Of a stretch of DNA of 53,468 nt, positions 29,671 to 39,589 are shown one piece after another. The stretch's first letter is position 1, and each line of letters begins with the position of its first letter. Where the stretch lies: assembly GCA_036568845.1 (NCBI GenBank), contig DATCRS010000558.1, positions 1 through 53,468 of the forward strand. Reading direction: 5' to 3'. Position numbers and translations under genes: made by a program. Below the pieces are notes generated by a model. That model saw only the letters and a program-made list of their open reading frames with translations, searched no databases and was not told the DNA's origin. The DNA comes from Devosia sp. GTDB taxonomy: Bacteria > Pseudomonadota > Alphaproteobacteria > Rhizobiales > Devosiaceae.

Positions 29671-30533
29671 CGGACAAGCACATCGACGAAACCACGGGCA
29701 CCGCAACGACCGGACATGAGTGGGATGGCATCAAGGAGCTGAACACGCCGCTCCCGCGCTGGTGGCTCTGGACGTTCTACGGCACCATCGTTTGGGCGAT
29801 CGCCTACACGATCGCATTTCCCGCCTGGCCGATGATCTCATCGGCAACAACGGGCCTGCTCGGCTATTCGAGCCGGGCCGCTCTCGACACCGACCTCGCA
29901 GCCGCCCAGGCGGCCCAGGGTGATCTTGTCGCTCAGGTCGCAGCGACGCCTGTGGCGGACATCCTCACCGACGAGAACCTGCGGCGTTTTGCCAGCGCTG
30001 GCGGCAAGTCACTGTTCAAAGTCTACTGCAGCCAATGTCATGGCACCGGCGCAACCGGCTCCACCGGCTATCCCAACCTCAATGACGACGAGTGGGTGTG
30101 GGGCGGCAGCATCGACGAGATCTACACCACGATCACCCATGGCTCGCGATCGCCGACAGATCCCGACACACACTATAACATCATGCCGAACTTTGGCGCC
30201 GATGGCACGCTGAGCAGCGAGCAAATCGATGTCGTCGCCAGGCAGGTTGCGTCGCTCTCTGGCATCGAAGGCGGCCTAGCCAGCGATGAGGGCGCGCAGC
30301 TCTTCGCCGAGAACTGTGCCGCGTGTCACGGCGAGACGGGTGAGGGCATGATCGAGGTCGGCGGTCCCTCGCTCAACGACCAGATCTGGCTCTACCAGGG
30401 CACGCTCGATGCCCTCAAGGCGCAGATCACGGCTCCGCGGCACGGCGTGATGCCGGCCTGGGGCACTCGTCTGGGCGACACGGCGGTGAAGGAACTCGCC
30501 GTTTACGTTCACGGACTTGGCGGCGGCCAGTAG
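29667..30533 (+). CDS. ccoP: cbb3 oxidase subunit III (FixP)
   Basis: TTGHEWDGIKELNTPLPRWW, two CxxCH motifs (CSQCH, CAACH). Confidence 0.97.
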   Translation: MTDKHIDETTGTATTGHEWDGIKELNTPLPRWWLWTFYGTIVWAIAYTIAFPAWPMISSATTGLLGYSSRAALDTDLAAAQAAQGDLVAQVAATPVADILTDENLRRFASAGGKSLFKVYCSQCHGTGATGSTGYPNLNDDEWVWGGSIDEIYTTITHGSRSPTDPDTHYNIMPNFGADGTLSSEQIDVVARQVASLSGIEGGLASDEGAQLFAENCAACHGETGEGMIEVGGPSLNDQIWLYQGTLDALKAQITAPRHGVMPAWGTRLGDTAVKELAVYVHGLGGGQ

Positions 30534-30547
30534 CCACTACCGTCGCC

Positions 30548-30587
30548 GAAGGGGGAGGGGAGCGACCGCAAGCGCTCCCCTCTTCTC
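30548..30587 (+). terminator. Stable hairpin after ccoP
   Basis: GAGGGGAGCG / CGCTCCCCTC 10-bp stem. Confidence 0.5.
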
Positions 30588-30590
30588 ACA

Positions 30591-30604
30591 TTGACCTGGA
30601 TCAA
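30591..30604. promoter_or_regulatory. FNR/FixK box upstream of ccoG
   Basis: TTGAC-CTGG-ATCAA. Confidence 0.85.
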
Positions 30605-30657
30605 CGCCGCTGCCGCCCCGCAAGGCCATCGTCGAGCCAACGAAAGTGAGACTATCC

Positions 30658-32220
30658 ATGCTTGCGGAACCTCCAGTCACTGAGCGCTATGATGTCGAGG
30701 CGGTGAACTCGGCGAAGAAACGCCAGCCGCTCTACGCGCCGCGAAAGAAGATCTTTCCGAAGCGTGCGAGCGGCCAGTTCCGCCGCTTCAAGTGGCTGGT
30801 TATGCTCGTCACGCTCACCATCTACTACGTCACCCCGTGGATCCGCTGGGATCGCGGCCCATTCGCACCGGACCAGGCGGTACTCGTCGACCTTGCCAAT
30901 CGACGCTTCTACTTCTTCATGATCGAGATCTGGCCGCAGGAATTCTACTACGTCGCCGGTATGCTGGTGATGGCGGGCATCGGCCTCTTCCTCATCACCT
31001 CGACCGTCGGCCGTGCCTGGTGCGGCTATGCCTGTCCCCAAACCGTATGGGTCGATCTGTTCCTCGTGGTCGAGAGGGCGATAGAAGGCGAGCGGAACGC
31101 ACGCATCAAACTCGAGGCAGCGCCCTGGACCTTCGACAAGATTTCGAAACGCGTCACCAAGCACGCTATCTGGATCGTCATCGGTATTGCCACCGGTGGT
31201 GCCTGGATATTCTACTTTGCCGACGCCCCGACGTTGCTCGCCGACGTGGTGACGCTGCAAGCTCCGCTCGTTGCCTATTTCACCATCGCTCTCCTGACGG
31301 CCACGACCTACACGTTCGGCGGTCTGATGCGCGAGCAGGTCTGCACCTATATGTGCCCCTGGCCGCGCATTCAGGGGGCGATGCTCGACGAGCACTCGCT
31401 GACGGTTACCTATAACGACTGGCGGGGCGAGCCCCGCAGTCGGCACGCCAAGAAGGCTGCTGCCGAGGGAAAGCCCGTCGGGGACTGCGTCGATTGCAAC
31501 GCCTGCGTCGTGGTCTGCCCGATGGGCATCGATATTCGCGACGGGCAACAGCTCGAGTGCATCACCTGCGCGCTCTGCATCGATGCCTGCGACGACGTGA
31601 TGGTTAAGCTCGGCAAGGAAGGGGGCCTCATCTCCTACGCCACGCTCAACGACTACAATGACAATATGCGGCTCTCGATGGGCGATGGCCGAAAGGTGAA
31701 TCCCGCCAATGTACGCGACCACGTAACCGGCAAGCTGGTCGACGCCGTCAGGCATACCAGCTGGCGGTCAATCGTGCGGCCACGGAGCGTCGTCTACTTC
31801 TTAGTCTGGGGCACTATCGGTCTCGCCATGCTGACGGTGCTGTCGCTGCGCTCGCCGCTCTCGGTCAATGTCCTGCACGACCGCAACCCGATCTATGTAC
31901 AGCTCAAGGACGGGTCGATCCGCAACGGCTACGACGTCAAGATCCTCAACATGACGCCGGCGCCCCGCACCGTGGACCTGCGGCTCGAGGGACTGCCGGG
32001 GGCCGAGATCTCGCTCGCCGACGATGGCACGCAGACCATGCAGGCGGTCCAACTCGCGCTCGAGCCCGACGAGGTGCTGCCGGTGCGCCTCTATGTTCGC
32101 GTCGGGCCCGACGTCGAACTCGAGGCCAAGCGGAAGTTCAGCATTGTCGTCACCTCCGAGGACGGCAGTGTCACCAGCACGACCGAGGCCACGTTCGAGG
32201 GACCGGAGGGGCGGCAATGA
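30658..32220 (+). CDS. ccoG: cbb3 oxidase accessory Fe-S protein FixG
   Basis: GRAWCGYACPQTVW, CVDCNACVVVCP, CITCALCIDAC. Confidence 0.95.
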   Translation: MLAEPPVTERYDVEAVNSAKKRQPLYAPRKKIFPKRASGQFRRFKWLVMLVTLTIYYVTPWIRWDRGPFAPDQAVLVDLANRRFYFFMIEIWPQEFYYVAGMLVMAGIGLFLITSTVGRAWCGYACPQTVWVDLFLVVERAIEGERNARIKLEAAPWTFDKISKRVTKHAIWIVIGIATGGAWIFYFADAPTLLADVVTLQAPLVAYFTIALLTATTYTFGGLMREQVCTYMCPWPRIQGAMLDEHSLTVTYNDWRGEPRSRHAKKAAAEGKPVGDCVDCNACVVVCPMGIDIRDGQQLECITCALCIDACDDVMVKLGKEGGLISYATLNDYNDNMRLSMGDGRKVNPANVRDHVTGKLVDAVRHTSWRSIVRPRSVVYFLVWGTIGLAMLTVLSLRSPLSVNVLHDRNPIYVQLKDGSIRNGYDVKILNMTPAPRTVDLRLEGLPGAEISLADDGTQTMQAVQLALEPDEVLPVRLYVRVGPDVELEAKRKFSIVVTSEDGSVTSTTEATFEGPEGRQ

Positions 32221-32699
32221 GCGCTCAGGCAAAGGAATTCACTGGCCGCCACATGTGGCTCGTCTTTGGCGGGTTCTTCGGCGTGATCATTGCGGTGAAC
32301 GTCGGCATGGCGGTCGTCGCTTCCACCAGCTGGACAGGGCTCGTGGTACAAAACTCCTATGTCGCCAGCCAGGAGTTCGAGGACAAGCGCCTCGCGCACG
32401 AGGCCCAGCGGGCGGCCGGATGGCAGACCAGGTTCGACTATGAACCGGGCGTTGCGACGCTCGTGGTTGTCGATGGCACAGGCGGCCCGGTGGATCTCGG
32501 CCAAGTGACGCTAAAGGTCAACCGTCCGGTCGGCGGCCATGACGATCAGACCGTCGTCCTCGGTCGTGCGGCTGGCGGTGGATATCAGGCGCCCCTGACG
32601 CTGGCCGCAGGTGTCTGGGACGCGTTGGTCGAGGCCCCTGATACGCCGAAGGGTTCCTTCGAGCTCCATGAACGCTTCACCGCGGAGGCTGCAAAGTGA
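32217..32699 (+). CDS. ccoH: cbb3 oxidase maturation protein FixH
   Basis: EFTGRHMWLVFGGFFGVIIAVN..WTGLVVQNSYVASQ. Confidence 0.92.
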   Translation: MSAQAKEFTGRHMWLVFGGFFGVIIAVNVGMAVVASTSWTGLVVQNSYVASQEFEDKRLAHEAQRAAGWQTRFDYEPGVATLVVVDGTGGPVDLGQVTLKVNRPVGGHDDQTVVLGRAAGGGYQAPLTLAAGVWDALVEAPDTPKGSFELHERFTAEAAK

Positions 32700-34930
32700 C
32701 CTGCTGCCCACCCGGAGAGCATGCGGTCGTCGATCCTGAGGCCGACGCGATCGAGACGGACGGCGCCGCACTGCTCGCGTTGAGCCGGCGTCTCGGGGAC
32801 GGCACCCGCCAGCTCGAGTTCGCGGTCCCGGACGCACACTGCGCGGCATGCATCCGCTCCATCGAAACCGGCCTTGCGGAGCTGTCGCTGGTGCAGTCCG
32901 CCCGCGTGAACCTTACGCGCCGTCGCGTGCGGGTGGTGTTCGATCCGGCGCGTGGCAGCGCCGCCGAACTGGCGCCTGCCATCCGGGCCAGCGGTTATCA
33001 CACCTATGTCCTCGACCCGAGCCAGGACGACAGCGGCGATCCTGTGCTGCGCGAGCTCATCAAGGCGCTCGGTGTCGCGGGCTTCGCTGCCGGCAACATC
33101 ATGCTGTTCTCCGTCTCGGTCTGGGCTGGCGCGGACGAGGCAACGCGGGACCTCTTTCACTGGATATCTGCGGTCATCGCCTTGCCGGCTGTCTTCTACT
33201 CCGGGCGCATCTTCTTCCGGTCTGCCTGGCGCGCACTGCAGGTCGGAAAAACCAACATGGACGTGCCGATTTCGATCGGCGTCATCCTGGCCACGGCGCT
33301 CAGCCTGTTCGAGACCGTCAACTCCGGCGAGCATGCCTATTTCGACGCGTCCACGACGCTGCTTTTCTTCCTTCTTGCCGGACGTACCCTAGATCACCTG
33401 ATGCGTGAGCGGGCACGGAGCGCGATTACAAACCTGGCCCGACTACAGCCGCGGGGCGCCACGCGGGTTCACGACGACGGACGACGCGAATATCTGCGCC
33501 TCGACGAAGTCGCTCCCGGGATGGTGCTGGAGCTCAAGGCCGGCGACCGGGTGCCTGTCGATGCCATCGTCCTGGGCGACGGCGCGGTGTTCGACTATTC
33601 GATCATCTCGGGTGAGGCCGCACCGCATTCGATATCCGTCGGCGGCACTGTCGTATCAGGCGCCGCGAACCTCTTCGGCCTCCTCACCCTCAGGGCGGAG
33701 AAGGCCTCGACCGATTCCTTCCTTGCCCGCATGGCGGCGATGATGGAGGCGGCCGAACACGCTCGCACACGGCCTCGCCGCATCGCCGACCGGGCCGCCG
33801 CTCTCTACGCGCCGGTGGTTCACACCATCGCTATCTCGACGTTTCTCGGATGGGGTCTCCTCACTGGGGACTGGCATGCAGCCCTGCTCAACGCCGTGGC
33901 CGTGCTCATCATCACCTGTCCCTGCGCACTCGCACTTGCGGTGCCAATCGTCCACGTCGTCGCGGCGGGAAGGCTGTTCGAGCGCGGCATCCTGATGAAG
34001 GACGGCGCGGCCCTCGAGCGGATCGCAGAGATCGACCGCGTCGCGTTCGACAAGACCGGCACTCTGACCCTCGGCCGGCCCCGGCTGGTCGCACGCGAGG
34101 ACGATCCGCGCAGCGCCGGTATTGCCGCGGCTCTGGCCCTTTCGAGCACCCATCCGCTTTCGCGCGAACTTGCCGCGGGGCTGGGTGCCCCGGCATCGAT
34201 CGCCGGACCGATCAAGGAGAGCCCCGGCCACGGCGTGGAGGCGACGATCGAAGGTGCCAATTGGCGTCTCGGTAGTGCTGCCTGGTGCGGCGTGCTGGCG
34301 GGTGACGACGCGCGGTTCTCGGAAGTGTGGCTTAGCCGCGATGGTGTTGTGCAGGCTCTCTATCGCTTCGAAGACACGTTGCGCAGCGACGCGCCGCAGA
34401 CGGTCCGCGAGCTAGGAAAGATGAGCCTTCCCGTGCGGCTGCTTTCCGGCGACCGTGCCGGTGTGGTGCGGTCGGTGGCTGCGGCCGCCGGTATCACCGA
34501 TGCGCACGGTGAACTGCTGCCGGAAGAGAAGGTCACCGCCGTCGGCGACGGCCGCACGCTGATGGTCGGTGACGGTGTCAACGATGCACCGGCGCTGCGG
34601 GCCGCCTATGTCTCGATGGCGCCGGCCACCGCTGCCGATATAGGGCGCAGCGCGGCCGACTTCGTCTTCACGGGCGAAAGGCTGGCTGTCATTCCCTTCG
34701 CCATAGCGACCGCGAAACGCGCCGCATCGATCGTCAATCAGAACCTCGTCATCGCCATCGGCTACAATGCCGTGGCCGTGCCCTTGGCAATCGCCGGCCA
34801 GGTGACGCCGCTCATCGCGGCAGTGGCGATGTCGACATCGTCGCTGATCGTGGTCGCCAATGCGCTGCGGTTGCGATTGAAGGGTAGTGCTCCCACGGCA
34901 CGAGGCATCCTGAAGGAGACCTACGCATGA
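32696..34930 (+). CDS. ccoI: P1B-type Cu ATPase FixI
   Basis: HCAAC metal-binding domain, CPCALAL, FDKTGTLT, HP, GDGVND. Confidence 0.93.
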   Translation: MTCCPPGEHAVVDPEADAIETDGAALLALSRRLGDGTRQLEFAVPDAHCAACIRSIETGLAELSLVQSARVNLTRRRVRVVFDPARGSAAELAPAIRASGYHTYVLDPSQDDSGDPVLRELIKALGVAGFAAGNIMLFSVSVWAGADEATRDLFHWISAVIALPAVFYSGRIFFRSAWRALQVGKTNMDVPISIGVILATALSLFETVNSGEHAYFDASTTLLFFLLAGRTLDHLMRERARSAITNLARLQPRGATRVHDDGRREYLRLDEVAPGMVLELKAGDRVPVDAIVLGDGAVFDYSIISGEAAPHSISVGGTVVSGAANLFGLLTLRAEKASTDSFLARMAAMMEAAEHARTRPRRIADRAAALYAPVVHTIAISTFLGWGLLTGDWHAALLNAVAVLIITCPCALALAVPIVHVVAAGRLFERGILMKDGAALERIAEIDRVAFDKTGTLTLGRPRLVAREDDPRSAGIAAALALSSTHPLSRELAAGLGAPASIAGPIKESPGHGVEATIEGANWRLGSAAWCGVLAGDDARFSEVWLSRDGVVQALYRFEDTLRSDAPQTVRELGKMSLPVRLLSGDRAGVVRSVAAAAGITDAHGELLPEEKVTAVGDGRTLMVGDGVNDAPALRAAYVSMAPATAADIGRSAADFVFTGERLAVIPFAIATAKRAASIVNQNLVIAIGYNAVAVPLAIAGQVTPLIAAVAMSTSSLIVVANALRLRLKGSAPTARGILKETYA

Positions 34931-35070
34931 CCGGTCTTCTGGTCTTGATCCCCATCGCCGTGGCCATGGGACTTGCCGCCCTCGTGGCATTCCTCTGGGC
35001 GCTCCGGTCTGGCCAGTACGAGGACCTCGAGGGCGCCTCGCAGCGCATCTTCGACGAGGACATGCCTTAG
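34927..35070 (+). CDS. ccoS: cbb3 oxidase assembly protein FixS, 47 aa
   Basis: Hand translation MTGLLVLIPIAVAMGLAALVAFLWALRSGQYEDLEGASQRIFDEDMP. Confidence 0.92.
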   Translation: MTGLLVLIPIAVAMGLAALVAFLWALRSGQYEDLEGASQRIFDEDMP

Positions 35071-35083
35071 GCGACCAGCAGCG

Positions 35084-35821
35084 CTACGCGAGCTCGCTCT
35101 GGCCGGCACGGCGCCGGAGGCGTTCGAGGTCGGGCACAACGACGTGGCGGTGGCTCGTGACGATGATCACCCCATCCTCGCGAAGCTTGCTGATCTGCCG
35201 GGACACGGTTTCGATCGTGAGACCAAGAAAATCGGCCATGTCGGCACGGATGAGCGGCAGGTCGAAGGTGACGGCGCTATCCTTGCCGGCATCGGCGCGC
35301 CGGTTCCTGAGGGCGAACAGCAGCAGGATGCTGGCGACGCGCTCGGGTGCAGTCTTCCGCCCCAGCGTGACCATCCACTCGCGCGCATCGTCCAACTCCT
35401 GCAGTGACCGGCGGAGCAGGAAGTCCTTGAGTGCCGAGCTTTCGGCGACGGCACTCTCGAGGATGCTCTTGGGCATCCGGCAGAGCTCGATTTCCGAGAC
35501 TGCTTCTGCGGTGGTGGGATTTTCGGACGAATAGAGCCGCCCCAGAAGATCGGAGGCGAACTGCAGCCCAACGAGCTGCTGGCGTCCATCCTGCAGAAGC
35601 CGCGTCAGCTTGATCACGCCCTCGACAACCATGGCGTAGCCGGCACTGGTATCGGTTTCTGACGCCAGCGTTTCGCCCGCCTGGTGGTGGGAGTGACGGG
35701 TGTGCTGCGCGAAGGCGATGAGTTGCTCGGGCGTCAGGTGGGCGCAGATGCCCGTCTGCCGCACGCTGCACGACACGCACTGATGCGGAATCGTGTCAGT
35801 GGTTGCGATGACTTCGAGCAT
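35084..35821 (-). CDS. fnrN: O2-sensing Crp/Fnr regulator, FnrN-like
   Basis: N-terminal CVSCSVRQTGIC plus an internal Cys (ELC); HTH MADFLGLTIETVSR; SD GGAGG before ATG 35821. Confidence 0.82.
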   Translation of the reverse strand: MLEVIATTDTIPHQCVSCSVRQTGICAHLTPEQLIAFAQHTRHSHHQAGETLASETDTSAGYAMVVEGVIKLTRLLQDGRQQLVGLQFASDLLGRLYSSENPTTAEAVSEIELCRMPKSILESAVAESSALKDFLLRRSLQELDDAREWMVTLGRKTAPERVASILLLFALRNRRADAGKDSAVTFDLPLIRADMADFLGLTIETVSRQISKLREDGVIIVTSHRHVVVPDLERLRRRAGQSELA

Positions 35822-35872
35822 ATTGGCCTCCGTGACGTGAGCCACATCATAGGGAGGCCTTCTCTCTAGCTC

Positions 35873-35886
35873 TTGAGGTAGATCAA
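35873..35886 (-). promoter_or_regulatory. FNR box (autoregulation) upstream of the FnrN-like gene
   Basis: Minus strand TTGAT-CTAC-CTCAA, one mismatch. Confidence 0.7.
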
Positions 35887-35923
35887 GGGTTAGTCCGGTT
35901 GTTGTCGCACCCCACGCGGCACT

Positions 35924-36922
35924 TCACCGCATGCCTTTGTCCCGGCCATAGAGCAGCAGCATGCCGACGATGACGACGCCGAAAGCGATCTGGCGGACGG
36001 CTTCGGCAGAAACGGTGATGCCGAACTGGGCGAAGATGTTCTGCGGCTGGACGACCGAAAGGATCGACTGCAGGAGCGTGATGAGGATCACCCCGGCGAC
36101 GGTGCCGAGATAGGTGCCGCGGCCACCCAGCACATTGGCGCCGCCCAAGACGACCGCCGCGATTGCGGGCAACAGATAGGGGTCGCCCATCGCCTGGTAG
36201 GAGCGGTTGGCCCAGCCCGAGAGCAGGATCCCGGTGGCCGCCGCGCAGGCGCCCGAGATGATGAAGCAGATCAGCACCACGCGCTTGGCGTCGACGCCGG
36301 ATAGATAGACCGCCTTCTCCTTGTTGCCGACAGCGTAGATGCGGCGGCCGAGCGTCGTCCGCGTGAGCATGAACACGGTGATGGCGCCCACAGCGATCCA
36401 TAGCAGCAGGGGATTGGGGATACCTGGGATGAGGCGTCCCACGGCGAGCTCGCGCATGATGGGGAGGGCGTCTTCGGGTGGAGCGAAACCGCCGGTGTGG
36501 TAGACCATCAGGCCCTGCGCCACGGCGTTGACGCCCAGCGTGAAGATCATCGAGGGCGCGCGCAGATAGGCGACGCCGAGACCGTTCACCAGCCCCACCG
36601 CCATACCGCAGAGGATGCCGAACGGGATGGCGAACCACTCGGCGCCTGCGCCGAAGAAACCGGTGGCAGCCGTCGCCATCATGCCGCCGATGCCGATCGT
36701 CCAGGGGATGCTGAGATCGATATGGCCGAGGAGGATGATCAGCATCATACCCGTCGCGACGATCCCGAGGAACGAGGCGATCTGCAGCTGTTGGACGAGG
36801 TAGTCGATGGAGAGGAAGCTCGGCTGGGCGATGGCGCCCACGAGCAGCAGCGCGATGCTGCAGCCGAAGGCGATCACCGTCGCCTTGTCAGGCCTGAATT
36901 GCGTGAGCGTAGCCGACGCCAT
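35924..36922 (-). CDS. Monosaccharide ABC permease (RbsC-type)
   Basis: GHIDLSI, LGRRIYAVGN, IAAVVLGG; real start MASATLTQ at 36922, not the longer ORF-track start. Confidence 0.9.
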   Translation of the reverse strand: MASATLTQFRPDKATVIAFGCSIALLLVGAIAQPSFLSIDYLVQQLQIASFLGIVATGMMLIILLGHIDLSIPWTIGIGGMMATAATGFFGAGAEWFAIPFGILCGMAVGLVNGLGVAYLRAPSMIFTLGVNAVAQGLMVYHTGGFAPPEDALPIMRELAVGRLIPGIPNPLLLWIAVGAITVFMLTRTTLGRRIYAVGNKEKAVYLSGVDAKRVVLICFIISGACAAATGILLSGWANRSYQAMGDPYLLPAIAAVVLGGANVLGGRGTYLGTVAGVILITLLQSILSVVQPQNIFAQFGITVSAEAVRQIAFGVVIVGMLLLYGRDKGMR

Positions 36923-36933
36923 AGCGGGTTCCC

Positions 36934-37950
36934 TTAGCGATAGAGATCGACCTTGTTCTTGATGCGCAGAAGCCGCAGCGAGCCGATGCAGACGGCCAAC
37001 AGCAGCACGACGCCCACGAAAAGAGGCTGCAGCACGGGGTTGATGTCGAAAACGATCAGGAGGTCGCCGACCGTGCGCATGACGAAGGCACCGAAGATCG
37101 AGCCGATGACGCTCCCGACACCTCCAAACAGCGACGTGCCGCCGATCACGACGGCGGCGATCGAGTTGAGCGTGTAGTCGTTGCCGATCTGTACCTTGGC
37201 AGCGCCCGAATAGGTGAGGAAGGTGAGCATCAGCCCCGCTATCGAAGATAGCAGGCCGGAGAGCGCGTAGGCGAGGATCTTGGCCCGCGCGATGGGGACG
37301 CCCGACATATAAGCGGCTTGCTCCGATGAGCCGATGGCAAACGCCGCCCGGCCGAGGATCGAACGCTTGTAGGGTATCCAGATGACGAGGACGACGGCGA
37401 CCAGCACCATCACGGAAACCGGGACGTTGAAGAAAGAGCGCGTCATGAAGTCGGCGAGCTCGAAGTTGACCGAGCCGCCCGGTTGCGGGCGAAGCACGAC
37501 GGCGGCGCCGAAATAGACGGCGCTGGTCGCGAGCGTCACGATAATGGGCTGGAGCCGACCATAGACCACGATCACGCCGTTGATGGTGCCGCACAACAGC
37601 CCTACCAGCAGCACGCCGACGACGCCGATCGCCGTCATCAGCGGGTCGCCGTTGACGATCACCGAGGCCAGACAGTTGGTGAGAAGGAAGATCATGCCCA
37701 CCGACAGATCGAGGCCTCCGGTGAGAACCGGGATGGTCTGTGCCATCGCCACGAGCGCGAGCAGCGCTCCCTTGTTGGCGGCAGTGTTGATGATGTTGGC
37801 GGTAAGGCCGACTTCCTGCTTCCAGCCGTAGAGGCCAAACATCACGACAAAGATCGCGATCGCCAGCAGGATGCCGCGCTGCGCCGAGATGAAATAGGTC
37901 ATTGACTGCCAGCGGCGTTGCCCCTGGTCGATGGCTGCGATCTCGCTCAC
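36934..37950 (-). CDS. Monosaccharide ABC permease (RbsC-type)
   Basis: TGGLDLSVG, LQPIIVTLA, SIAAVVIGGTSLFGG. Confidence 0.92.
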   Translation of the reverse strand: MSEIAAIDQGQRRWQSMTYFISAQRGILLAIAIFVVMFGLYGWKQEVGLTANIINTAANKGALLALVAMAQTIPVLTGGLDLSVGMIFLLTNCLASVIVNGDPLMTAIGVVGVLLVGLLCGTINGVIVVYGRLQPIIVTLATSAVYFGAAVVLRPQPGGSVNFELADFMTRSFFNVPVSVMVLVAVVLVIWIPYKRSILGRAAFAIGSSEQAAYMSGVPIARAKILAYALSGLLSSIAGLMLTFLTYSGAAKVQIGNDYTLNSIAAVVIGGTSLFGGVGSVIGSIFGAFVMRTVGDLLIVFDINPVLQPLFVGVVLLLAVCIGSLRLLRIKNKVDLYR

Positions 37951-39512
37951 GCTTGTGCTCCCGCAAGGGTATGAGTTGCAGTGTGGACTGTCGCCCCGGG
38001 CGCAACGTTGAGCGCCGCCGCCACCAGGTTCCTCTCGGTTATCTCGGCCCCCTCGAGCGTCCGGCTGACGCGTCCGTCATACATGACGAGCACGCGGTCG
38101 CAGCAGCCCACGAGCTCGTCGTAGTCGGTCGAGTAGTAGACGATGCCGACGCCGGTTTCGGCGAGCCGCGCGAGCAGCTGGTAGAACTCCTGCTTGGTGC
38201 CCACATCGATGCCGCGCGTGGGATCGTTGAGGAGGATGATGCGGGGCTTGGTCATCAGCCACTTGCCGATCACCACCTTCTGCTGGTTGCCACCCGAAAG
38301 CGCCGCGACCGGCCCGTCCACACCGTCTGCCTTGATCGACAGCAGCTTGACGATGGCATCGATCTCCTTGTCCTCGGCCGCCTTGTCGACGATGCCGAAA
38401 CGCGAGAACTTCTCCATTGCCGCAAACGACAGATTGGCGCGCACCGACATGGGCAGCATCAGCCCTTCGTTCTTGCGATCCTCCGGAATCAGCGCCATGC
38501 CGATGCCTGCCGCTTTCGCCTGGCGAGGGCTCGAAAGCCTTACGCGGTTGCCGTCGACCTCCACCGTGCCGCTGAGGCCGACCAGCGTGCCGAAGAGCGC
38601 GAGCAGCAGCTGGCGCTGCCCCTGTCCATCGAGACCGCCAAGTCCGACGACCTCGCCGGGCCGCACCTCGAGATCAATGCCTTTGAGCTGGTTGCCCCAA
38701 GTGAGGCCAGTTGTGCGCAGCACGGGCGCGACATTCTTTGGCTTGGGCGACCGCTCGGGGAAGACGTTCTTGTATTCGCGGCCGATCATCAGCTCGACGA
38801 TCGCATCGTCGCTTTTGGTGCGCGCCTCGAACGACTCGACGAACCGCCCGTTGCGGAACACCGTGCAGTCGTCGGCGAGCTCGGCCACCTCGTGCATGCG
38901 ATGCGAGATGTAGATGATCGCAAGGCCCTCGTCGCGAAGCTGCTTGAGCATGGTGAAGACCCGCGCCACATCGGCGGCGGTGAGCGCCGAAGTCGCTTCG
39001 TCGAGAATCAAGATCTTGGGGTTGCGGGCCAGCGCCTTGGCGATCTCGACGATCTGCCTGCGGCTCAGCGGCAGGTCGCCCACCGGCGCCATCGGATGGA
39101 TGTCGGCGCCGCCGACACGCGCCAGGAGCCTTTCGGCGAAGCGGTACTGCTCGGCCGTATCGATGAAGCCGAACCGCTTGGGCGGATTGGTGATGGCGAT
39201 ATTGTCGGCAACCGTCAGGTCGGGCAGCAGCGACAGTTCCTGGAAGATGCACGCGATGCCAGCATTGTTGGCCGCGTGCGGCGAGGCAAACTGCATCGAC
39301 TGGCCGTCGATCAGGATCGATCCGGCATCGGGCTTGACCACGCCCGAGAGCACCTTGATCAGCGTCGACTTGCCTGCGCCATTCTCGCCAAGTAGCGCAT
39401 GGATACGTCCGCGCTCGGCGGTGAACTGCACGTCCTGCAGCGCCCGAACGCCGCCATAGGACTTGAAAATATTCTCCATGCGCAGCAGCGGCGTCATGCC
39501 GTCGGCGTTCAT
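37947..39512 (-). CDS. Monosaccharide ABC ATPase, tandem domains (RbsA-type)
   Basis: GENGAGKSTL, LDEATSAL, LSGGNQQKV, DPTRGIDVG. Confidence 0.93.
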   Translation of the reverse strand: MNADGMTPLLRMENIFKSYGGVRALQDVQFTAERGRIHALLGENGAGKSTLIKVLSGVVKPDAGSILIDGQSMQFASPHAANNAGIACIFQELSLLPDLTVADNIAITNPPKRFGFIDTAEQYRFAERLLARVGGADIHPMAPVGDLPLSRRQIVEIAKALARNPKILILDEATSALTAADVARVFTMLKQLRDEGLAIIYISHRMHEVAELADDCTVFRNGRFVESFEARTKSDDAIVELMIGREYKNVFPERSPKPKNVAPVLRTTGLTWGNQLKGIDLEVRPGEVVGLGGLDGQGQRQLLLALFGTLVGLSGTVEVDGNRVRLSSPRQAKAAGIGMALIPEDRKNEGLMLPMSVRANLSFAAMEKFSRFGIVDKAAEDKEIDAIVKLLSIKADGVDGPVAALSGGNQQKVVIGKWLMTKPRIILLNDPTRGIDVGTKQEFYQLLARLAETGVGIVYYSTDYDELVGCCDRVLVMYDGRVSRTLEGAEITERNLVAAALNVAPGATVHTATHTLAGAQA

Positions 39513-39589
39513 CGCTAGGAGTCCTCCCCCGAAGACAGAGCGCCACGGATGGACCGGCCACCCGCGGCGCCATTGGTGACGACTATAGG

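Noticed and set aside
30548-30587. AAGGGGGAGGG shared with the 7746 repeat
   Set aside because: Too short and low in complexity; explained adequately as a simple hairpin after ccoP.
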